DNA from: Eledone cirrhosa
Lineage: Eukaryota
Direction of reading: 5' to 3'
Assembly: GCA_964016885.1 (NCBI GenBank)
Contig: OZ024742.1
Location: 138,942,001-139,006,000 of the forward strand
DNA length: 64,000 nucleotides
Shown: piece after piece, positions 53,501 to 61,618 of the stretch
Layout of the letters: each line of letters starts with the position of its first letter
How positions within the stretch are numbered: the first letter of the stretch is position 1
The notes under the pieces: model-generated
Seen by the model: only the letters and a program-made list of their open reading frames with translations
Told to the model about the DNA's origin: nothing
Databases searched by the model: none
Program-made: the position numbers and the translations under genes

Positions 53501-55345
53501 CCCATGCAAGCATGGAAAATGCATGTTAAACAATGATGGTGATGATGTTTCTAATATATGCAAAAAGATAACAATTTTGAGGGAGGGAATATGTGGATTA
53601 AATCGACTGCAGTACATTCCTGGTACTGTGTTTTATCGATCCTAGAAGTGATGATGAAAACCAATGACAAATGATAACAATGATGGCAATAAATTTGAAA
53701 AAAAAACTGAAGAACTTACTAATATCTGGCATAGCTGAGGACAGATATATATGGAGAATTTCATTGGGGACAAACGGGCCTCCTTCCATCTGAACAAGAG
53801 ACTGTGGTCTGGGCCACAATAAAGACAGTTGTTCCTCTGTCACAATTTTCTTTGGGAGCACTGGCAGAAATTCTACTTCTTTCTGTAGTAAGGTCTAAAG
53901 AATAAGAAAATATAATTAGTTTTTTCACATATCACCAGCACTACCACCACCACACTGCTATGCATGCACCACCATTTCCACCTCCGCAGGTGCTACCAAC
54001 CCCTCCATATGAATTTGACCCATCACACTGACTTTCTCCCTCATCCACTATACATTCACACTGACTTCCTCCTTCCACCTCCGTCCCCTACACTTTTTCC
54101 GACCGTGGAATATAACACACACCCATGCCCCTAGTTCTTCCTTAGAACTCTGCCACCATCATCTCACACACACATATACCCACACACTCCCTGCAACTAC
54201 CCACAATTCTTTTCTCTAAGCCATTTCACTACAGCTTTGTCTTTCTACACAGATACATCTATTCCATTCAACTTGGCCTTCGTGACTTTTGAACTCCTGG
54301 ATTATACCCACCTCGGACACACATACTCATACATATGTATGAACACACACATCTACCAACAACACACTTAACATTATCATCATCATCACTATTTTATGTC
54401 CATTTTTCCATGCTAGCATGGGATAGATGAGCTGTACCATTGTGTTCAATGTTAGGTCAGGTGATCATGTCTTCCTCATAAAAGGCTGATTTTGGCTTGG
54501 TTTCTACAGTTGGATGCCCTTCCTAATGCCAACCTCATTTACAGTGAGTACTGTAACACCCACACACCCAAATGCACCATAATGTGTACCCAACCTACAC
54601 ACAAACCCCCACTGCACGTCAGCCTCCCCCACCAGGACACTGGACCACTCCCCCTATCCTTCCTTTATATTCTTTTATTTTTGTAATTTCTTCCTAACGT
54701 TATTTCAACTACCTTTATTTAATTTTATTTTTTTGCATTTTTCATTCTTTAACACTATTTTCTTTGCTATTTTCTTTTTGTATAATTTGTGATGAAGGGC
54801 AAATGCCCGATGCATTAACTATTTAACTCATTTGTCTTTCTCCAAGCGTGGAATTAATACACTTTATGTTAATGCATTTGTTTTGTGTTTCCTTGATTTT
54901 ATATATATGTTCACCTGCCAAACTGTCAGAGCTAGTGAAAATATATGCTATTTTCAAAAATACACAGTGACTGATCAGCTTCATTTGCATATTAGCAGAC
55001 TGGCTGATCAGTCAGATCTGCATATTAGCAGATCCAATGATGTATTTTTGAAAAATCCACTGATGTATTTTTGAAAATAGCATATATTTTCACTAGCTCT
55101 GACAGTTTGGCAGGTGAACAGTGAGCTGTACTGATGAAGAGTGATACCCAGAAACATTAGTGTCTGCAGTTCTGTTCACATGCCAACACAAGAGCAAGAA
55201 TGAAGGGTTCATTCTACTGACATGGCTATAAAATTGAGGCTTGTTTGCATAATTTCAAACGAATCGAATGTTACTATTAATATTCGAACAACTCAGATTA
55301 CATTTATTGTATTCAGCCATGTAGAGCGAAAACAGTTTTCTTTTT

Positions 55346-55390
<45 letters not shown>

Positions 55391-57309
55391 CATCATCACA
55401 GTTTAATATCCATTTTCCATGCTAGCATATAAATATATATGGATAGATATTACTGCCTGAGTGAGGGATTATAATCACTAAAGAATGGGCCCTCAATATG
55501 TAAAAATAGGGTAATTATTGAATATTATGTTAAACACATGGCAAACTGGCATATCCCTTCCTAGTTATTTGGAGTTTCCCAAAGCAAGCTGAGGTTAATG
55601 TCTCTGACGAACAAACAATGCTACACCATCAAATTTTGTGTTAAACGTAAGAAAACCAAAAAAAAAGCCTATGTGGGTTAATTGATTAGCAAAGCTAGTT
55701 TCTACCAATGATTTGAACAATTTTCTGAAGCCAATGAACAGGTTGAGGATGAACGTTGTGAACAGCACACAAAAGGAGGAAAACTCTTAGGAAGTGTGAA
55801 GATGCAAGATCATCGAGTAAATGTGAGGATGATATCTGAAAGTGTTGGTATTAGTATTGGCATAGTGGAAACAATTCTGACCAAAGATGTGGATCTTCAC
55901 AAAGTCCGTGCCAAGTTCAAGCAAAGTATTTTCTATGACAACCAGAGGCAGTTTCGCGTGGAATGTTGCACTGACATTCTTGTTATGACAGGATTGATTC
56001 TGGTTTCCTGTGACCTGTGAGAAGAGTTGGGTATTCTCTTGAGAGCAAACGTTAGAGTGCTAAATGGAAGTGCATGTCCTACTTGAGGCCCAAGAAGGCA
56101 AAGATGAGCAGGTCACAAGAGAAGGCCATGATCATTCTTTTCTTCGACTCCCAGAGGCTAATTCATGTTAAATGTGTTCCTGGGGACTAATCCATCAATA
56201 AGACATATAACATTGAAGTTCTGAAAATGTTCATGGAGAGGATGAGGGAGAGGAGGCCACAGCAGTGGAGCACTGGAAAGTGTTGGTCCCACCAGGATAT
56301 TACCCCATGCCACAAGTCAATGCTGGTGAACACCTGGATGATTAACAGGGGAATAAAAGTGGTGCAACACCCACCCTACAGCTGCAGCCTGGTTTCCATG
56401 TGATTTCTTCCTGTTCCCATGCAGCATGAAAGATCAAACGCCCAGGAAAACCGACAAAATGGGTCTTGTTTCATCAGGATAAAGCTCCAGCACACAAGTC
56501 TTAGGTTTCAATGTCTGTTGTGCATGACTGTGGATTTGAGCTGGTTAATCACCCTCCTTATTCTCCTGATTTGACCCCATCTGACTATCCCCTGTTCCCC
56601 AAAATGAAGAAAAAAACACTTGGCTGAGAACCAGTATCACGTTGATGATGATGTCATGTCTGCTGTTGCTGATTTTTTAAACCAACAGGATGAAAGCTTC
56701 TTCACCAACAGGATCCAAGCACTGTAACACCGATGGAAGAAGAAAAATAAACCTCAATTGGTCTCATTCCATAAGAGTATCGTGGTCAGCCTATGAACTT
56801 TTCACCCAACCCTCGTATATATACATATACTAGCTGGCCCGTCCGGCTACCATTGGCGTGTTCTACAACATCCAGATATATATATATATATATAGCTGAC
56901 GTACTTAGCTTCGCTTGGATAAACAGACAATAAGCCATCTGTGTAGTATAGTATTACTGTTGAAAGTATATAGTATAGTATTACTGTTGAAAATATATAG
57001 CATAGTACAGTATTACTGTTGAAAATATATAGCATAGTACAGTATTACTGTTGAAAATATATAGCATAGTACAGTATTACTATTGATAATATATGGTATA
57101 GTACAGTATTACTATTGAAAATATATAGTATAGTACAGTATTACTATTGAAAATATATAGTATAGTACAGTATTACTATTGAAAATATATAGTATAGTAC
57201 AGTATTACTATTGAAAATATATAGTATAGTATTGCTGTTGAAAATATATATTACACTATTACTGTTGAAAATATATAGTATAGTATTACTGTTGAAAATA
57301 TGTACACGA

Positions 57310-57368
<59 letters not shown>

Positions 57369-57754
57369 GAGTGAGAGAGAGAGAGAGGCACATGGCTTAG
57401 TGGTTAGAGCATTGGCCTTGCAATCGAAAGGTTGTGAGTTCAATTCTCAGACCGGGTAATGTGTTGTTTCCTTGAGCAAGACACTTTATTTCACATTGCT
57501 CCAGTTTACTCAGCTATAGAGATGAGATGATAGGGACTGGGGTCCATATTATTCCACTGCAAAGTGGTCGTGGAGGTGCCACGGCAAAAAAGCACCCAGC
57601 ACTCACTGTAAATGAGGTTGGTGTTAGGAGGGGCATCCAGCTGTAGAAATCAAGCCAGCATCAGTTCCCTTCCCACCCTTGCAAGCAGGGAAAAAGCGGA
57701 CGTAAAATGAAATGATGATGATGATGATGATATATATATCATTTCATTTCATTC

Positions 57755-57800
<46 letters not shown>

Positions 57801-58700
57801 GTTTGTTAGAAACGAAGTCAATGCAGATAGACAGACATACAGACAGATATTATAAGCGCGCAACGTTATAGCTATGTATCTATCTAAAAAGACAGAGTAA
57901 GAAAGAGAGAGGAATGTCGTATTATATATAATAAAGTACCAGTAATGTACTGGGATAATTGCTGGCCTTGTGCCAAAAGCAGAAACAATTATACTTCTTT
58001 TTTATACAACTGTAAATAACATGTTTATGTATGTATATATACGTATAAAGGAATGCTGTAGTAAAATGTACAAATTATTTATGATACTAACACTATCATC
58101 ATCATCATCAACGTTTAACGTCCGTGTTCCACGCTTGCATGGGTTTGGACGGGGGTTTTCCCACTTGAGGCAAGAGTGATTGTCTTGCTCGCATAGGACT
58201 GTCTGGCGGGTTTTCTACAGCTGGATGCCCTTTCTAACACCAATATATATATATATATATATACACACTATATATATATACATATATACACACACACACA
58301 CACATACACAGATAGCGAAGTCAATGTACAGAATGGTTTTCATAATGCAGACAGCCAGATATACAGAGATATATTATAAGGGCGCGACAGTATAGCTATG
58401 TATCTATCTAAAAAGACAGACTAAGAAAGAGAGAGATCGCTAACCAGAAGTGTTGACATTTGAGAATTTTAAAGAAGTGAATATTTAAATAAACAATAAA
58501 ATATCTTTCATCTTTTAACGAAATTTAGTAGACAAAAATACCCTCACTTTCTTACTTGCAAAAAGTTACATCTATGGTGAAAATTTGGTGCCGTTTGGTA
58601 CAGCCATTTGGCGAAAAGTTTGTTACATACATACGGCCGTCAGCTTTATTAATATAGATAATATGCTAGCTGGAAAATGGATTTTAAATGGTGATAATGA

Positions 58701-58740
<40 letters not shown>

Positions 58741-61394
58741 AGGACATAAGCGAAATAAAGTTGATGGGTTCTGCTACCTAGGTCACTTAATTACTTAATT
58801 AGCTGAGGCAGGGGTTGGTCTGAAAACATAGTACCTAGAATAAGAACAAGATGTAAAAAGTTCAGGGATCTACTACTACCTCTGTTGACAACAAAAGGAT
58901 TTTCTATGAACAAAGGGCTGATTGTATGATGCCTGCATGAGAATTGTGATGTTGCAGGGTAATGAGACATGTGCAATGGATGCAGAGGAAATACAAAGGT
59001 TGGAGAGAAATGAGCAAGTATGCTTCAATGGAAGTGCAATGTTAATATGTGTGTGCACTGAAGTATGGATAAACTCAGAGAAAGGTTGAATATAAAATAA
59101 ATCAGATGTAGTGTGCAAAAGAAAAGACTGTGCTGGTGATGCATGTGTTTGATCATTATTAGGTAAAGAAATGTCTGGAAATCTTAGTGGAAGGTAGGTA
59201 CAGTAAAGGAAGACCAAGAAAGACCTGGGCAGAGATGGTAACAGCTGATCCTGAATCACAGAAGCTCATAATGATGATGAAAGAATGCAATGAATGGAGG
59301 GATGCTGTGCTGGAAAAGACCTATCCAACCCAAGCAAGTAAGGTAAAACTAAACTAAAATAAAACGATGATGATGATGATGATTATGTTGATGATATATA
59401 CTCAGAAGGCTTGTTAGAAGTAGTTGATAGCATTTTCTGCCTTGGTCACTTAAATAATTATAGATATGGGTGTTCTCGAAGCATAATAGCCAGAATAAGA
59501 ACAGATTGGAAAGAGTTCAGAGAGCTGTTAACTATGCTGGTAACAAAGGGCCTCCCTCTCAGGGTGAAGGGAAGATTGTATGATGCTTGTGTATTAAATG
59601 TGATACTGCAAGGTAGCAAAATAGAGAGCATTGAATGAAGTGGATTTATGAATACTAGAAAGAAATGAAGTGAGCCTGCTCTGCTGGATGTGTAATGTTA
59701 GTGTACATGAATAATAAAGTATAAATGATTTAAGAGAAAAACTTGATGTAAAAGGAATTAAATACAGTATGCAAGAAAGAAGACCGTGCTGATATAGGTA
59801 TGTAATGTATATGGAGGTTGACAGTTGTATAAAGAAGTATCAAGTGCTCAAAGAGGTTGGTACCCATTTGACATTTCAAAGATTCCCTAAATTGTTAAAA
59901 TTTGAACCCATACCCATAGGATCACCTTTCTGAAACTTTAACTTCACAGGACCTTTGTTTTATTCAGAGCACTGAGATAAAATATTTAAAAAAAAAAAGA
60001 AATATCCATCTATTTGAACTGACTATCAAAATGATATTACCAATTGGTTAGGTACCTCTTGTGCTTTGAATACTGTAGATTTGGCAGGTATTTTCTCAGA
60101 AGGGCTTTCAAATAAGGTAGATTCAGTTAATAATTCATCGATTGCTGATGCAGTGTATTCACTATTTTGAATGATTAATTCCGATATGGCAAAGTCATCA
60201 GCTGAACAAAAAGAAAAAAGAGAGTAATGGGAAATTATTAACTTGACCTATTTCATGACCATATTTCTCATGAAATATATTAAATATGCTTCAATCAATT
60301 TTGGAAATAATCAAGTATTTGGTGGGACTTAGTAAAATAATTTTTTCATTAATTTAGTGTAAGAACACAAAATTGTGATGGAAGGTTTTAATTTAGATAT
60401 GAACTCTTTAAAACATGTCTTATCACAGAACCAGAGGGGATATCAGGCAAGTTGATATCAAAGTGGTTAAACATCATGGAAAAACATACACATTAACTTT
60501 ACATCAAGAAAATGAAATGTAGAGCTCAGCCATTATGAAAAGAATCATGTTTTGTGCAGACATCAGATATATACTACCAAACATCAGCTGGTGTGTAACT
60601 AAGGTATGGCACCCATGGCATGTGTCATGGGTGCCAATTGGACTAGGAGCACTTTATATTAAAGTTAGATAAGCTATTGTCGAAGAGTGAAAAACAAAAC
60701 TTCTTCAGATTTATGATCTGTCTTCGATTATCATGGGTGAGAAACACTATGGTTGTCAGATTAATGAATGTAATTAGTATTATTTAGATAATTTTATGGC
60801 TATCTGAAAGAGCTAATTTTATGGTTATCTGAAAGATGTCTGGGCAGGAATACAATTTCACTGCTTACCATAGGCACTATTTTCTCTAGTTATGCCTCTG
60901 TACATAAGAGATATACTGAAGACATCAGAGATATACAGTTTATTTTAAAGTATACTACGTGTTTTAGTCAACAAAGCTTAAAAAAAACAAAAAAAAAAAC
61001 AGTTATAATACTAAAAATGGTAAAAGTTGATTGGAGTATTAATCTCTTTGTTTTATTTACATTCTTCTTTCATCAATATCTGATGTTTTTGTTCAAATGG
61101 CTAGTTAGCTAAATAATAGAAAAAGAAAGAGGCAGACAGACAGAAGAAAAGAATAAAGATAAATAGGTATATATAGACAAGAGAAGGAGAGAGTGAATGT
61201 AAATACAATAGACAGAGAGATAGATAGATATATAGGGAGACAGATCGACAGACAAATATAGATTACCACATGAAGACTTACTCAAAGACTCTGGGAATAG
61301 CTTTTTATTATGTTTATTTGGAGCACTCTGCAAGAGGTTCAATAGAGTAGTATTACGATCTGCAAGTTCAAGAGCGGATTTGCCTGTATTGTCT
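23550..61394 (-). CDS. Ankyrin-tail + GH20 (beta-N-acetylhexosaminidase-like, GcnA-like subfamily) protein, 3' part, 17 exons, about 727 aa; catalytic motif degenerate
   Basis: All 16 junctions join in phase into one open frame ending TAA at 23552-23550. Motifs: DNTGKSALELA (ankyrin repeat end), LLWPRPQSL (GH20 domain-2 start), ITDSPSLPYRGVLLDISKGRVPSLETL..., LKFNQIHLY, ELLEIDKFCMDRGMQLVP, EYGTQA, FYVCPGTAAWNSLAG, LLVCHW, AAGLAWN. 5' exons lie beyond 64000. Confidence 0.88.
25038..25154 (-). CDS. ANK-GH20 exon 16 (IGRAMVTAGRNPDPLAGLRIVNLGITNLTATGKTDLAN)
   Basis: taacag / gttctt; lies within ORF 25004..25189. Confidence 0.82.
25300..25900. repeat. CAGTA/CAATA/CAACA-based tandem repeat interrupted by a family C SINE
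   Basis: Recurrent AACACAATACAGTACT-type units on both sides of the SINE. Confidence 0.75.
27114..27335. repeat. 18-bp minisatellite (TGGGTTAGACAGCTTGTA variants)
   Basis: About 12 units; explains the repetitive ORFs at 27070-27465. Confidence 0.9.
28430..28790 (+). mobile_element. RTE LINE RT fragment
   Basis: RQLQEKYL.K.KPLY.AFVDLEKAFD, IIWWALRK, VHQGSV. Confidence 0.85.
30534..30758. mobile_element. TTAA-flanked (piggyBac-type) MITE
   Basis: TTAACTCTTAACATCC ... GGATGTTAAGAGTTAA perfect 16-bp inverted ends including TTAA. Confidence 0.6.
31940..32064 (-). CDS. ANK-GH20 exon 15 (RANRHLRKHQHDITSVHLNCPQAKEIISEVLLTTDMMILAL), GC donor
   Basis: tttaag acceptor; CG|GCAAGT donor gives the correct phase 2. 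Confidence 0.78.
32690..33810 (-). mobile_element. RTE LINE fragment (end of endonuclease to start of RT)
   Basis: DFNRHVG, ICNTNFRK, KADEPSGIVAEILRA, IPNDWCSSIIVN. Confidence 0.75.
33882..33988 (-). CDS. ANK-GH20 exon 14 (DDQTSLPCENGSTLINFLVRPDETRLEDLTADILQ)
   Basis: tattag / gtaagg; in phase. Confidence 0.85.
35265..35590. repeat. ~46-bp minisatellite (CTCCTCATTAGCATA...CTTCAGTCTCAGTGACACAAC) adjoining an RTE 3' fragment (about 34800-35250, -)
   Basis: About 7 units, more homogeneous toward the right. Confidence 0.8.
35764..35899 (-). CDS. ANK-GH20 exon 13 (EFLHSHLGELMNRHIFGDDSSVFGQVIIELGRIETYIFRCSHKKS)
   Basis: ttgcag / gtaaga; in phase. Confidence 0.87.
36255..36483 (-). CDS. ANK-GH20 exon 12 (FGFYVCPGTAAWNSLAGFPEAAVANVFNAAKC...LLIAAGLAWNKDIHR)
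   Basis: ttttag / gtaagt; strongest conserved block; lies within ORF 36183..36554. Confidence 0.9.
38287..38333 (-). CDS. ANK-GH20 exon 11 (ATHDFVPHCKRHSDN)
   Basis: ttatag / gtaagt; 47 nt exactly restores phase between its neighbours. Confidence 0.82.
39079..40188 (-). mobile_element. Internally deleted RTE LINE with (GAT)n tail and long flanking direct repeat
   Basis: KAAEYSEIVTEMLKALGEVGVELVT, GRPRKTW tail; ~52-bp direct repeat at 39014-39065 and 40189-40240. Confidence 0.75.
40394..40595 (-). CDS. ANK-GH20 exon 10 (FINIGSRLTSFLLESPDDD...LPPHLMFAEYGTQ)
   Basis: cttcag / gtaaga; contains the position of the catalytic (H/N)xGxDE motif. Confidence 0.85.
41595..41923 (-). mobile_element. 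Young full-length tRNA-headed SINE with RTE-type tail
   Basis: GGAGGCACATGGCTTAGTGGTT A-box, GAGTTCAATTCT B-box; about 95% identical by eye to 57385-57730. Confidence 0.85.
43388..43534 (-). CDS. ANK-GH20 exon 9 (ELLEIDKFCMDRGMQLVPAFDVHSSVQFEDLPALQTVFNDYISHFTHS)
   Basis: tttcag / gtaagt; matches GH20 ExxEIxxYxxxRGIxVIP. Confidence 0.88.
44235..44299 (-). CDS. ANK-GH20 exon 8 (IHLYTRFQHQTSSSWQLCYSC)
   Basis: ttttag / gtatgt; in phase. Confidence 0.85.
44783..44833 (-). CDS. ANK-GH20 exon 7 (ETLKHMLHSLSFLKFNQ)
   Basis: ttgcag / gtatgt; KxN motif. Confidence 0.87.
45330..46150 (+). mobile_element. L1/Tx1-clade LINE RT fragment
   Basis: NFKPITLLNA..KILAKVLA.RL, ALINLDQSKAF..IDHQYL..VL. Confidence 0.8.
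47062..47133 (-). CDS. ANK-GH20 exon 6 (ITDSPSLPYRGVLLDISKGRVPSL)
   Basis: atttag / gtaagt; IxDxPxxxxRGxxLD GH20 signature. Confidence 0.9.
48112..48597. mobile_element. Tc1/mariner/pogo-type MITE
   Basis: TA-flanked imperfect TIRs TACTGTATATACTTGTATATAAGC / GCTTATATTCAAGTATATATGGTA. Confidence 0.6.
49900..50010 (-). CDS. ANK-GH20 exon 5 (VKIIAHDLQSLSYAIITLSQLFNLYKSKTGIHVPLLE)
   Basis: ttgcag / gtaagt; matches IxAxxxxGxxYAxxTLxQL of GH20b. Confidence 0.88.
50570..50899. repeat. 27-bp minisatellite (ACAGACAGAAAGATGTCAACTCTAGCT)
   Basis: About 12 units; explains the MSTLATDRK repeat ORFs. Confidence 0.92.
50999..51183 (-). CDS. ANK-GH20 exon 4 (IHSMAQLWNYWKFMF...CVEKASYKIIVQTSQ)
   Basis: taacag / gtaagc; SYKI matches the GH20b ExYxL motif. 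Confidence 0.85.
53720..53894 (-). CDS. ANK-GH20 exon 3 (TLLQKEVEFLPVLPKKIVTEEQLSLLWPRPQSLVQMEGGPFVPNEILHIYLSSAMPDI)
   Basis: ctttag / gtaagt; LWPxP start of GH20 N-terminal domain. Confidence 0.85.
53940..54830 (+). mobile_element. Possible Penelope-like element 3' remnant, interrupted by a family C SINE at about 54375-54550
   Basis: C/A-rich decayed coding-like sequence (FSDRG, like the PLE FxxRGY motif), then T-rich tail and a degenerate hammerhead-like motif at 54789-54813. Confidence 0.4.
54908..55120. repeat. 57-bp perfect inverted repeat (54908-54964 / 55064-55120)
   Basis: TGTTCACCTGCCAAACTGTCAGAGCTAGTGAAAATATATGCTATTTTCAAAAATACA and its exact reverse complement. Confidence 0.9.
55107..55186 (+). 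ncRNA. Type I hammerhead ribozyme (Penelope/retrozyme-type, palindromic stem III)
   Basis: Intact core CTGATGA (55131-37), GAAAC (55151-55), GTC cleavage triplet (55162-64); stem I GAGCTGTA/TGCAGTTC extended by GTGAACA/TGTTCAC and TTGGCA/TGCCAA; stem III ACATTAGTGT self-complementary with G-U pairs; stem II has one mismatch. Confidence 0.7.
55590..56420 (+). mobile_element. Mariner transposase remnant (first element)
   Basis: YTIKFCVK, D.RV.VRMISE.VGIS.G.V.TIL..D..L.KV.AKF, IPFFDS.G, HQD..PCH, HPPYS; stops and frameshifts. Confidence 0.8.
56421..56816 (+). mobile_element. Second mariner remnant, 3' half with TIR
   Basis: LFHQDKAPAH, HPPYSPDLTPSDY.LFP.MKK, GIQAL.HRWKK; ends CCCTCG-TA. Confidence 0.85.
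56940..57300. repeat. ~28-33 bp AT-rich minisatellite (TATAGTACAGTATTACTRTTGAAAATATA)
   Basis: About 12 units. Confidence 0.85.
57385..57730 (+). mobile_element. Young full-length tRNA-headed SINE, inverted partner of 41595-41923
   Basis: Near-identical sequence in the opposite orientation. Confidence 0.85.
58740..59860 (+). mobile_element. Two adjacent RTE LINE 3' fragments
   Basis: LEVVDS.F.LG, ARIR..WK.FRELL..L.TKGL.LRVKGRLYDACV, LERNE, (GAT)n tail at about 59365. Confidence 0.8.
60056..60201 (-). CDS. ANK-GH20 exon 2 (acidic linker TDDFAISELIIQNSEYTASAIDELLTESTLFESPSEKIPAKSTVFKAQE)
   Basis: gttcag / gtacct; phase 1 in, 0 out fits both neighbours. Confidence 0.75.
61282..61394 (-). CDS. 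ANK-GH20 exon 1 in window (DNTGKSALELADRNTTLLNLLQSAPNKHNKKLFPESL)
   Basis: ttacag / gtaagt; ankyrin-like DxxGxSALxLA. Confidence 0.75.
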
Positions 61395-61618
61395 CTGTAA
61401 TGAACAAAAAGGGCAGGAAAATACTTAGGTGAATAGGTATTATTGTAATTAATAGAGTGTGTGGCTGGGTGTATGGATGGTACATGTGTAGAGGAGACTT
61501 TAAATCAAAGACATTCATACCATGTGCAACACCATTTTTTTTTTGACACAGTGAATCTAAATCTTCTGGATATTAATGGTCAACTTCATACTATACACAC
61601 ACATAAATACCAAATTAG

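Larger units (their letters stand above)
56829..58658 (-). mobile_element. Helentron-associated element carrying a nested minisatellite and SINEs
   Basis: Starts ACTAGCTGGCCCGTCCGGCT (identical to 2208), ends TACATACG..CGTCAGCTTTATTAATATAGAT (like 2680-2709). Confidence 0.6.

Noticed and set aside
57385-57460. tRNA gene
   Set aside because: A/B boxes are present but acceptor and anticodon stems do not pair properly, and the sequence continues into a SINE body
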